Positions 22,738 through 33,685 of a stretch of 38,638 bases of DNA are shown here, in pieces (position 1 is the first letter of the stretch; each line of letters starts with the position of its first letter). The position numbers and the translations under genes are program-made. Source of the stretch: Octopus bimaculoides (taxonomy: Eukaryota); NCBI RefSeq assembly GCF_001194135.2, contig NC_068981.1, positions 103,402,448 through 103,441,085 of the forward strand, in the 5' to 3' direction. The notes beneath the pieces were generated by a model. It was given only the letters and a program-made list of their open reading frames with translations, was not told where the DNA came from and did no database searches.

Positions 22738-23245
22738 ACATGATGGCTGCCCCCTCGTTATCGACTATGGCCATTGCACATGGCTTAACTGTTAACGGTG
22801 CTGTGATCTTGGCAGCTAAAACCTTGACTGGCAATAGCCGGCTGTAGTTGTAATTGGGTTTCATGTACCTTTGCATGTCGTTTAAGTCCTCCCGTCGAAA
22901 CACACTCCCTTCCACATGCTTGCACAGACACTGCATGTCAGCGTCATAGGAAGACCCTTACCGTCTGGAAGTGCAACAGCGATGCCCTTCCTGACAACCC
23001 ACCTTACTTTCTCATACGCCACTCGAGATTTCTCAAAAGTAGCTGTCCTCTCATGCACAATCCTTCTCCCCCTGCTACAGTCAATAGCTATGCCCTCCCA
23101 TTTGTCAGGAGAGATGCTAGCATCTCTCAAGGAAGCCTTCAGCAAGTCTTTATACCTCTTTCTTGGTTTATGTGGAGGTCTTTCAGCCACAACACACATT
23201 TTGATACTCTGCCCACGACAGACAGAAAGGATGGGGTTAAAGCCG
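22738..23245 (-). mobile_element. RTE-type LINE 3' end (ORF2 C-terminus, C2H2 finger, tail)
   Basis: RKRYKDLLKASLRDASISPDKWEGIAIDCSRGRRIVHERTATFEKSR matches the RTE/BovB-type C-terminal RKRYKD.LK...WE..A.DRS.WR pattern. After a frameshift it reads CGRECVSTGGLKRHAKVH. The tail ACGAGGGGGCAGCCATCAT runs into a (GTAT/GCAT)n microsatellite. Confidence 0.85.
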
Positions 23246-23579
23246 AAAATTTGAGTTTACGGAACACAGAAACAATATTTATATATCACCTGATGAAACA
23301 CAAGATCTCATAATGCAGAGAACAGGTTACATAACTAAATACCTGCAAACCTGGGGAACTAAGTTGTGTGGAAACAATTGCAGTGATTACAAAAAACTGT
23401 TCCTCTGTACTACTTGTTGACATCAATTTATTCACTTATCCATTCACACGCTACAGAAGTCCCAACGCAAATTTGGCAGTAGGTATAAAACTACTGTTGG
23501 ATAGCACTGGGTAAAATCTGAGGGTGGGTGAGCTTTATGCTGTACTCTACTACGGTCTTGACAGAATATAAACTAACTA

Positions 23580-23647
23580 TATATCTATATATATATATAT
23601 ATGCCTAAGATCAAAGTGTAGTATGCATACACACACACACACACATA

Positions 23648-23729
<82 letters not shown>

Positions 23730-23760
23730 CATATATATATATATTTACATATATGTATAT
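23580..23760 (+). repeat. (TA)n-(CA)n-(TA)n microsatellite
   Basis: Read directly. Confidence 0.95.
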
Positions 23761-23873
23761 ATTTGAAAAAGAGTTAAGAATCCACACAAATCGAAAATTA
23801 TTGGTAAAAAGTAAAAATTGGAAACAACACAGAAGTATGTTTAAAGATTCTTTAAATTTTTTTCCTTTAATAT

Positions 23874-24169
23874 TTACATTAAGTGACTTTTATAAATATT
23901 ACCGGTTTCGATTTCTATGTCCATCTTATCAAATATCAAAAATTCAATGTCAAGGAAATTAAAAATTAAAAGACAAGGAAATAAGAAGAAAAAATATGAA
24001 ATACGAAAAGCAATGGAAATTAAAACGCTTTCTTCTCATATCCTGCGCGTAGTTAGGAAACATGTTCTATGGGCTGGTATTTATGTTCATCTTTGAATTT
24101 TTAATATTTGATAAGATGGACACACGTATCGTAACGAGAATTTTTTTTTATAGAAGTCACTTAATGTAA
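23874..24169. repeat. Foldback element with ~75 bp inverted arms, each carrying a decayed hammerhead-like motif
   Basis: Arms 23874-23947 and 24093-24169 share TTGAATTTTT.ATATTTGATAAGATGGACA.....ATCG.AAC and TTATA.AAGTCACTTAATGTAA in opposite orientation; spacer about 145 bp. Confidence 0.85.
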
Positions 24170-24443
24170 CTGATGTAAAAATACTTCTGTGCTCTTTCCA
24201 CTTTTACTTTTTGCCTACATACACATGTGCGTACACACATGCATACATTCATACATACATACATACATACATACATACATACATACATACATACATACAT
24301 ACATACATGCATGCATACATACATACATACATACATGTGTGTGTATGTTTGTGTATAAGTATATGTGTATGTATGTGACTGTCTATGTATGTATGCATGT
24401 ATGTATGTATGTATTTGTGTGTGTATATGTCTTCTTTTATTTT

Positions 24444-24620
24444 TTTACTTGTATCAGTCATTAGAATGTGGTCATGCTAGGGCACCTCCTTGAAGAATTT
24501 TTAGTTGTGTGAGTACTTATTTTTTAGAACCTGCTACTTATTTTATCGGTTCTTTTGCCAAACTGTTAAGTTACGGGAACGTAGACAAACCAAGAAACGG
24601 TACTGGGGAACTAACACACA
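24444..24620 (-). mobile_element. SINE family B, 3' half
   Basis: TTACTTGTATCAGTCATTAGAATGTGGTCATGCTAGGGCACC...TTTTGCCAAACTGTTAAGTTACGGG is the reverse of the family B 3' body. Confidence 0.75.
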
Positions 24621-24976
24621 TTCATACACACATACACAAACACACACACGCTATGCTTACGATACGGTGCAAACCAATTTGAAAACTCGAAGTATTGGGT
24701 GTGGGGACAAATATAGTTTGAGAAACACTGCTTTAATCCTACTGCAGCATCTTCGATCTGGTAGAGAATTATAGATCTTTTCGTTAATGAAAACTGAGAG
24801 GCTTAGTAATTCAGAAGAATATTTGTCGAAAAAAATTTCTCTATCTAAATTTCAAATAGAAATATATAGATGAGTCCCGATTGTCTTGACGGCTAACATT
24901 GACAAAGCAACAGAGAGACCGATTCTTGATCGAAAAGCATCGCCCAGTTGTATCCCGTATTTGCTAGTGTTCACAG

Positions 24977-25087
24977 GCCATGGTCAGAATGGTTAATAAT
25001 CACTGGGTCAGTGTATGCATACAGCTGATCTGTACGTATGGAATGATATTTAAAAATGAGCATGAACTTGGAGAAATGAAAGAAGAT
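24977..25087 (+). other. Candidate 111 nt internal exon (phase 0/0), unknown gene
   Basis: Acceptor GTGTTCACAG, donor GTGAGT, open frame AMVRMVNNHWVSVCIQLICTYGMIFKNEHELGEMKED; no recognisable homology. Confidence 0.25.
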
Positions 25088-25396
25088 GTGAGTAAAGTTA
25101 AAGCTAGAACTCAGTGCTAATGCGGTTTCTGAATAAAATAAGAAAAAGAAAAAAATATAGTTGATAGTTTGCAGATTGTAAAACATCAAAGAGATAGGGA
25201 AAATGTCTTAATATAAATCATTATACGGGAAAAAAAAGAGAAATAAACTGAAAAGGAAAAGGCAAAATGCATATAAAATTTATAAACACAATATTATATT
25301 TGAAGGCAATATGCTGTTTTCGAAATGATAAAACAAAATACATTCAACCAGAAACTTCTTTACTGAAAAGCTACAGAAAAAAAATTAATATCAAGA

Positions 25397-25464
<68 letters not shown>

Positions 25465-25659
25465 GCACATTTGTTTTATTTGTATGATATACTTACATAC
25501 GTAACACATACATACGCACATACATTGAGACTACAACCATCGTACACGTTCAACTGAAATAATCCAAGCACAAAGCGAAAGAAGTGTTTGGCTGATTTTT
25601 GTCCACTCCAGTACTGGACTAGATTCATACTTATTTTATCAATCCCAAAAGATTGTTCT

Positions 25660-26170
25660 GTTCGATTAAGGATGATTTGGATTAACATCAGTAACACCAA
25701 TTTTTTTGGTAGAGAGCTGTCTTGATTTAACTCCTATGATACGTCTCAAGGCTGAGATCTGAAATGCTGTGGATCTCGCTAGTCTAAATTCATTCAGATT
25801 TGATCTCATATGGCTATCAAGCACTGGTTGAATCCTGTTGAGGATCATTCGGTTGATGACTCTTAGTGAGATATTGGACAATGCGTTTCCTCGGCAGTTA
25901 GTTTCATTGCTGAGGTTTCCTGTCTTTGGGATTGCTATCAAGTCAATCTCGAACCACTGAGATGGATTTCCTGGTTCTGCAAGTGCTTATTCGCAAAATC
26001 CAGTATGGCACCTCTTGTTGTCCAACAGCTTTTCCCTCCTTCAGTCTATTCTTGACACTTTGAAGTTCTTCATAATCAAAAGGACCTCGAGACAGTGATG
26101 TTGGACCGAAAAGTGTGGCGGGCTGACTTTGTTGCTGTGGTGCGGATTGAAACCGGGCCATAATAGTAAG
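25660..26170 (-). mobile_element. Non-LTR retrotransposon reverse-transcriptase N-terminal fragment (RTE/RTE-X-like), frameshifted
   Basis: GPFDYEELQSVKNRLKEGKAVGQQEVP (GKA.GPD.IP motif) followed by IAIPKTGNLSNETNCRGNALSNISLRVINRMILNRIQPVLD...EFRLARSTAFQISALRRII (IPK.G....NYRGISL...Q.GFR..RST motifs). Confidence 0.85.
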
Positions 26171-26662
26171 CTAGATAGATAGATAGATAGATAGATAGAT
26201 ACATACATACATACACACATACATACATACATACATCAGGTTTAGACGTGTAATTATAGGGGCAGTGCTTAAGTACCAATCTTGAGAAATTAGTCTACTC
26301 AAAACCAGAAAGGAGAAAGCTGATTCGAAGACTACAGATTAAAGCCATCACTGGAACTGTAAACATCAGTAAAACTTTCCAGTAGTTTATCATTTAAGTA
26401 TATATACAATTATATGCATGAGAATACATACATAAAACAAAACATACAAATCTGCATATATACATACAAGCATACATACATACATACATACATACATACA
26501 TACATACATACATACATACATAGATGCATACAAAAATACCTTTTTGTTGAAATTCCAATGAAAAACTTGGATCTTGGTTAGAAACCGACTCTTTCTCTAT
26601 TGGCAAGAAATCTTCTATGTGTGTATGTTTGTATATATTTATATGCACAAATATACATATAT

Positions 26663-26699
<37 letters not shown>

Positions 26700-27789
26700 T
26701 GTGTGTGTGTGTGTGTACATAGACTTATATATAGTTTATCACCAAACTTAAGAAAGTATCGGAGGTCTTCAAATTTGAGAGCTTCGAAAAAGTAGAAACG
26801 CAACAACAATATGTAACAGCCCAAAGAAGAGTCCTTAATGCTGTTCCATAATCTGATAGAAATAATAGTCTAAAGTCTAATCTTCTTGAAATCACATCCT
26901 TAAAAAGGGAAGAAGAGATTTGTATCGAGTGTAAAGTAGACGTCGGTACGGCTGGCTGGAAAGAAAACAAGAGAGTAGCGTTGCTCAAAACGAAAGATTG
27001 AAGGAAACTTGATTTCATACCACCCTTATCCTTCATAAGGAATACTTCACTCTTAGACTTCATAATGATACAATCGAAACTAAATTAATTGCTTCTTTGT
27101 ACTGTAAACTATACAAGTGTTCTGCGTTTAAAAGTATATTAGTATATATAAAATTAATTAATGTAATTATTTTTATTCTATGGGATAAAATTATTTGCAA
27201 ATATGTATAAGCAAGTAAATTTTGCAGTTAATACATTGAATTCGCAATTAAGTTTGCTGTTAGTTAACTAATAGCATACTTAATCTGTTAACTATTTATT
27301 TAATTTACGAAAACGTCAGGATATTGACTAGATGGTTCGGTACTTCTAAGGATTTCTTATATGATTAAAGCTCTTTATACAAGGCAGAAATATTCATTAT
27401 CTTTGTGCAGACCATTAAGACACAAAATATTGGTTCTAATATAGCTTATACCTACAGCTTTGTAATTCTTGCGAAATAAATGAACCTCCATCACCATATT
27501 TCAGTGAACCAACGAAGTTTCTCTATCCATTGAAAGATTTATTTAAAGTGTGAAACAATGTAATGGGTTGTTTTTTTTAATCCACCTTAGTCTAGCAGAA
27601 AGTTCACTAAAAGTATTTGATTTCGTTTCGTAATGTTCAATAATAGCAGCTATTTTGGTCAGGTTAACGGGAGAGAGAGGGGGGAGGAGGAGGAGAGAAA
27701 AGGAGAGAGGGAAGAAAGAGACAGACAGACAGAAGAGAAAAGAAGCTTAGTTCACCTTGAATAAATGAAATCTTGATATTTTTTATCTT

Positions 27790-28257
27790 TTACTCGTTTC
27801 AGTCATACTGGGGCACAAACCTGAAGGGTTTCGTAGAACAAATTGACCCGAGAACATTTTTTTCATCCTTTTTTGCTAGGAGTGGTACTAATGCGATTGG
27901 TTTCTTCTTGTCGAACCGCTCTGTTACAGATACGCTAACAAACCAACACCGGTTGTCAAACGTTGGTGGGGGACAAACGCAAAGACGCACACTTAAAGAT
28001 AAGATATATGTGGATCTAGACTGCGAGATAATGTCAAATACAAGTTATTCGAATATATGTGTGTGTGTGAGAGCTTATATATATACATATATGTATGTAT
28101 GCGACGCACTTCTTTCAGTTTCTGTCTACGAAATCCATTCACTAGTCTTTCGTCGGCCTGAAGCTCTAGTGGAAGACACTTGCCCAGAGTGCCATGCAAT
28201 GGCATTGCAGCAGGAGCCATGTGGTTGAGAAGCAAGCGGTTTACCACAGAGCCACTC
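27790..28257 (-). mobile_element. tRNA-derived SINE family B, full length, diverged
   Basis: Reverse complement of head (GTGGTAAACCGCTTGCTTCTCAACCACATGG), core (CACTCTGGGCAAGTGTCTT) and 3' body (GTTTGTCCCCCACCAACGTTTGACAACCGG). Confidence 0.85.
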
Positions 28258-28281
28258 ATACACACCTACGTGCGCGCGCTC

Positions 28282-28318
<37 letters not shown>

Positions 28319-29107
28319 GTTCAATGAATCTTTTCTGTTTTCACATGATCTAGGTGTGACTAAGCTGTTATTTCTGTCAGATAAAATGACTGTCTAGAGC
28401 CTGTTCTATTAGCGTGTATATTTGCATTTCGCTAGATTAGAGGAGGCCCTATCCTTCACTACACATAATACATAACTTGGTTTTAATTTGCAGATGTAAT
28501 CATTTCATTTGAATTAATTTCACTAATACTGTAAAAAAAAAAGCCGAGTTTGTCACGCAATCTTATATTCTTTGTACCTTTTTAATGCTAAGCCTCCCAG
28601 CAATGAACGGTATGAGTAGAAAAAAGTGGCGTAATTAAAACTGGGAAAAGCAATAATGGGAAACGTTGGATCCAACCTTGCTTTTCTGAATTGTCAACAC
28701 GATTAAGAAGTAAATGCTTTAAAAATAGGTAAATCTTGCACCTACTTCTAATTTATTTATTTCGTTTTTTGTGTTCGGTTTGCAAATTTCTTGATGTGAA
28801 TTTGTGTGTTGAAACAGATTTTGTTGTATGTCAGGATGGTCATTATGTCAATAGCAGACACACGCACTGTTTCATTTCTTTTGATATTATTTAGTCAATT
28901 GATTACCATTTAATTAGGTGACTACTCGATTAGCTGCGTTTTCAAAGTCCTTTCGCCACCATTCGTGACGTCATCAATGACATACCCTCTTTAATCCCGG
29001 CCTGCTGACCTGGTGTAGCGAGGGCAGGATTGATTGACCGAGTGGTTAATCAAAACTTGATCCAACAATTGTTTCAATGGTTAACTGATTGAATAAGTTT
29101 TTCTTCT

Positions 29108-29308
29108 ATAGGCATAAGGCCTGAAATCTTTGGAGGGCGTTAAATGATTACATCAACCTCAGAGTTCAACTGGTATTCATTTTATCGACCCTTGTAGGAT
29201 AAAGGGTGAAGTCGACCTCAGTGACATTTAAACTCAGAACGCAAAGTCGAAAGACATGTCGCTAAGCATTTTTTTCCGGCGCAGTAACGATTTTGCCAGC
29301 TTACCATC
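29108..29308 (-). mobile_element. tRNA-derived SINE family D, diverged
   Basis: TTTTATCGACCC...AAGTCGACCTCAGTGACATTTAAACTCAGAACG...GCTAAGCATT is the reverse of the family D body. Confidence 0.8.
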
Positions 29309-29379
29309 TTAAATTCACTATTTAAGTAGTTACTTGGTGTTTATAAGAATGGGGAGGTTAAAACTAAACTTTATATGAG

Positions 29380-29770
29380 TCTGGCTTCTTCAGTTTCGCT
29401 CTACCAAGTCCACTCACAAAGCTTTGGTCGGTCCGAGGCCATAGTAGAAGACGATGGCTCAAGGTGTCACGCAATTGGACTGAACCCGGGACCATGTGGA
29501 TTGGAAGCAAGCTTCTTATTTCTTCACTGCCCACTAGGGGCTACACACAGAGGGGACAAACAAGGACAGACAAACGGATTAAGTCGATTATATCGACCCC
29601 AGTGCGTAACTGGTACTTATTTAATCGACCCCGAAAGGATGAAAGGCAAAGTCGACCTCGGCGGAATTTGAACTCAGAACGTAGCAGCAGACGAAATAGC
29701 GCTAAACATTTCGCCCGGCGTGTTAACGTTTCTGCCAGTTTGCCTTCTTGCCACACAGCCACGCCTGTGC
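29380..29770 (-). mobile_element. SINE family B head and core (29380-29518, 29744-29770) interrupted by a SINE D insertion
   Basis: The family B head AAGCAAGCTTCTTA|CCACACAGCCACGCCTG is split by an inserted element. Confidence 0.8.
29519..29743 (-). mobile_element. SINE family D, young copy with alternative 3' tail, nested in SINE B with 7 bp TSD
   Basis: High-identity body ATCGACCCCGAAAGGATGAAAGGCAAAGTCGACCTCGGCGGAATTTGAACTCAGAACG; flanking CTTCTTA (29512-29518) and CTTCTTG (29744-29750). Confidence 0.85.
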
Positions 29771-30016
29771 CTGTCTGTATGTGTGTTTACTATGTGTATG
29801 TTTACTTCTCATATTAATCCTATAAAAAAAGTTATGCTGGTCTCTAAGAAAGAGATCATTATCACAGGAATTTAAATAACGTCGGATAACGGATATGTAG
29901 AGCTGCATTGTGACTCTTAGAATACTCAAGCGCATTTTCGGTGTTTCACATAAAAACAGTATTTTCAAAATACAGTTTAGATGTTATGTCAAGTGTTTGA
30001 ATTAGTTAGAGTGGAG

Positions 30017-30176
30017 TCCTCATCCTGACAGTTGTTTTCACTAAGTTTCGGCTGTGTTCACTCCAGCCTTATTCAGGTGTCTTGTTACTCACCAGGTGCC
30101 TTGCCTGGAATTGAACTCAGGATCTCTGCAGTGCATTAGCCACTGCATTATCCACTACGTTATGCCCTTCCTCATC
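30017..30176 (-). mobile_element. tRNA-headed short element carrying a decayed hammerhead motif
   Basis: Minus strand: box A-like TAACGTAGTGG, hairpin GCAGTG/CACTGC, box B GAGTTCAATTCC, then CAC-CTGAATA-A-GGCTG(GAGTGAACA)CAGCC-GAAA-CT-TA-GTG at 30039-30080. Direct repeat TCCTCATC at 30017-30024 and 30169-30176. Confidence 0.6.
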
Positions 30177-31139
30177 TCAGAAATATAGAATAGTACAATT
30201 TAGATTGTCTCACCATTACTAATATACTCTGTAAAATAAGCAACAATACCTATAAACATAATGATATATAGGCATCTTATAATGTATGCATGTATGTGCG
30301 AATCCGTGTCTGTGCGTATGCAACGGTTTGTGAATATCTGCCTCAGCATGAGATCAAAATCAATGTCAGATACAATTTTCCTTCTTTTTTTTTTACCATA
30401 CTATACAAAACGATAAGGAAAAAAAATATATAAATTGTTATTTTGAATGCAGGGAACTTGAACAAATTACCAACCACACTAAATTAAGAATAAATAAATA
30501 AATGAATAAATAAATAAAAACACGTTGGTGTCGGTCCAAAGGCACGAGATAACAATTCCGATAAACTTCAGCGATACGATTTCGATATCAGATGCTGGTT
30601 TGTTGTGCAAAGGAGGGTACTGAAAGGTCAAATCTTCCACCCACTAATATAAAATCGTATTTTTGTGTATTTTTTTCATTTTTTATAGAAATACTTTATT
30701 CCTTTATTTATTTATTTATTTATTCATTTTTGCTTTGCGTTACTGATAGCGTCAAATGGATTATCTTTTGGCAATGGTAGAGTGTACACGCTAGATTAGT
30801 CCATAATATTTGATAATGCAATGGCTGGCGGTGGTCATCTGGTCTGATTAAAGAGGGAAGGATAGAGATAGAAAAGGAACCAGAAGAGACAGCAGGAGGA
30901 GGGGAGGAGGAGGGGAATAAGGGAAGAAAACCTCGCACCATCGTGAATACATTAACCTTCATTTCACAAACTTTTTTTTTCTTTTTCTCACAATTCCCAG
31001 CCTTCTCCTCCTCCCCTTCGCTCCTCCTCATCCTTCCCTTCGCTCCTCCTCATCCTTCCCTATCTCTCTCTTTCTCTCTCTATCTCTCTCTCTCTCTCTC
31101 TTTTTCTCTCTCCCTTTACATCTGTATTTTTTAATTTTC

Positions 31140-31345
31140 TTATTTAGTCTTATTAGATTCGCATGACCAGCTCTCTCGTCGAACACAACAACCATCCATC
31201 TACCACCACCTCCACCACAATCACCACCACCACTATCGCTACTAGCACCAACACTGTTACCATCAAGACCACATGCGCCAATACTATCATTAACAACAAC
31301 CCAGAAATCACCACTACATATATATATACGTATACATACATATAT

Positions 31346-31388
<43 letters not shown>

Positions 31389-31392
31389 CTTA

Positions 31393-31428
<36 letters not shown>

Positions 31429-31870
31429 CACATACATACACATACGTACATACATTCATACATACATACATATATATATATATGTACAAACATACGCACA
31501 TCTATATAAACATATATATACATTTCTCGCCCTCCTTTCCCCACTCTCTTTTCGTCTGTGCATCTCTCTTGCTCTCACTCTCTTTCTTTCTTTCTCTCTC
31601 TCTCTGACCCCCCCCCTCTCTCTCTATCGCCACTTAAATTACTGCTTATACTAAAACTACTAACATTACCGCAAACATCGCAACCGCCGCCAACACCACC
31701 ACCACTACCACTACCACCAACAGCACCACCACCACCACCAACAACAAGAGCACTGCCATCTCCTCATCCTCCACCACCACTACATCCCTTTACTATCAAG
31801 ATTATTCCAACTCTCCAGTTACCATTACCAATATGTCTATCCACAACATTTCTATTACCAGCGTAAACAG
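31140..31870 (+). repeat. ACC/ACT cryptic triplet repeats flanking (TA)n/(CATA)n and (CT)n tracts
   Basis: Read directly; explains the Thr/Pro/Tyr-Ile ORFs. Confidence 0.85.
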
Positions 31871-31979
31871 AGAGGTCAATATGTGGTCGCTCCACCAGCT
31901 AGACGTAGCAGGAAAATCTTCCTCAAATCTCATTCTGCTGTAAAGAAAGAAAAAAAAATCCAAAAGAGGGATTGATATA

Positions 31980-32106
31980 CAGGGTGTCCACCAAGTCTGG
32001 GTACGTGGAGTAAATAAAATTATAACATAAACAATCAAATAGAAGAAATAATAATTTCTTAAGGTATGTGTTAATCCCCATGTTCCAAGACTTTGTGGAC
32101 ACCCTG
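31980..32106. mobile_element. Tc1/mariner-type MITE, 127 bp, TA target duplication
   Basis: TA-CAGGGTGTCCACCAAGTCTGG ... CCAAGACTTTGTGGACACCCTG-TA: ~21 bp near-perfect TIRs flanked by TA. Confidence 0.9.
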
Positions 32107-32324
32107 TACATTGGCGAAAGTAATCTTATACAAACTATTGTCTGAATAAGACGAAGTGGTCATTGTTGGAATATATATGTATTTGATAAGTCTGTCTACT
32201 TAATCAATCAGAACTGATCTGAGGCTGAACACAAACATGATCCTACATCAATTATACTACAACATATACCACAGCCATTAGCATAAATGGCGATACCACT
32301 TTACATCTAACCAATGCATCAGTT

Positions 32325-32700
32325 CCTCTTCTTCTTCTTCTTCTTCTTCTTCTTCTTCTTCTTCTTCTTCTTCTTCTTCTATCCCTCCTCCTACCACCAC
32401 CACTACCACCACCACCAACACCACCACTATACAATCGCTGCTACCGTAACAATATAACCGACTAGCAACACTATTACTACTACTACCACTTCACCTACCA
32501 TCCATATTGATTCGGTCACTCGCCAGCACTGTTACTTGTACTACCACCACTACAACTACCTCTAAAACAACTAACACTACCAAAACATTACCACCGCCCC
32601 ATCACCACCACCACCAGTACCACACCCAACAGTCTTCATGGCAATACAACTTCTACCGCAACTTAGCTCTACCATCAACATCAGTGTTACATCATCTAGA
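32325..32700 (+). repeat. (CTT)n followed by ACC/ACT cryptic triplet repeats
   Basis: Read directly. Confidence 0.85.
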
Positions 32701-32704
32701 CACA

Positions 32705-33236
32705 ATATGGCCGAATGGTTAAGAGTTCGCTTCACAATCACAACGAGCTAAGTTCGATCCGATTGTACGGCATCTTGACTAATAGTCCTTCACACTATCC
32801 TCCGGTCAACCCAAGATTTGTGATTGAATTTGGGTAGACGAGTGGTTCTCAACAGGGGCCCATATGGCCCTTGGTGTGGTCTTTATGAGTTTTTGTTAAA
32901 ATTTATGCGCAATAGATTGCTTATACTTCTAGAATACATTTTTATACAATTCCTGATAATATTTAATTATAAGAATACAAGCGGATGGGGTTTTTTTTCT
33001 ATACACCAAATGAGTATGCAGGTCCAGCCGAGTAAAATCGGAATCAGAGGGGGCCAAGGGCAAAAGAAAAAAAAATGGTTAAGAACCACTGGAGTAGACG
33101 GAAACTGTAGAAGTTTTATAGAATGGATCGTATCTGTTATTCAAAAGTCCAGCCTTGGCGCACCCTGAGTTAAGCTGTGTCTCTCTGATTGAGTCTGAAA
33201 ATTGCGTTAATGGTACATGTGTCTCGGGAATACTCG
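32705..33236 (+). mobile_element. tRNA-derived SINE (family B-like head/core joined to family A-like 3' body), interrupted by a MITE
   Basis: Head ATGGCCGAATGGTTAAGAG...AGTTCGATCC; GAATTTGGGTAGAC|GGAAACTG split by an insertion; then TTCAAAAGTCCAGCCTTG...GTTAATGGTACATGTGTCTCGGGAATACTC, like the family A 3' part. Confidence 0.7.
32840..33091. mobile_element. hAT (Charlie-like) MITE, 252 bp, with 8 bp TSD
   Basis: Ends GAGTGGTTCTCAAC and GTTAAGAACCACTG; flanking GGGTAGAC (32832-32839) and GAGTAGAC (33092-33099), one mismatch, central TA. Confidence 0.9.
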
Positions 33237-33399
33237 GTTATTTACACTATAATTCAATGAATAGGTATTTTAGTTCATCGAGCGACAGAAGCCCAACGCC
33301 ACCCTCATCACAAATAACAACAAGCAGAACTAATGATACAACCTTATGTCTACCTTCTACAAATTTTTTTCAGCTAACATCACATCTACCACCTCAAAG

Positions 33400-33530
33400 T
33401 TGGTGGGCTCGGAAAATCGGTAGAGCTTCGGATAAAATATCTTGCGGTATTTGTTCTGGCTCTTACGTTTTGAGTTCAATTCCCTCCATGGTTAATTTTG
33501 CTTTTATGTCGATAAAATAACGTACGAGCC
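33400..33530 (+). mobile_element. SINE family D, diverged partial
   Basis: GGAAAATCGGTAGAGC...CTTGCGGTATTTGTTCTGGCTCTTACGTTTTGAGTTCAATTCC matches the family D head. Confidence 0.6.
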
Positions 33531-33685
33531 TAGTACTTCAGATTTAGTTAACGGATTTACCCTTTCTCTTCAAAATTGCTAGCCTCGTATTTAAATTAGC
33601 AATAATTATTTCTACCACCAGAGCTAGTTGTACCACAACCACCAACACTACCAACAATACCATAACAAATAATTCTACTAACACT

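Noticed and set aside
27490-27615. Short inverted match TTTCAGTGAAC / GTTCACTAAAA as possible MITE ends
   Set aside because: Only about 10 bp, imperfect, and no TSD.
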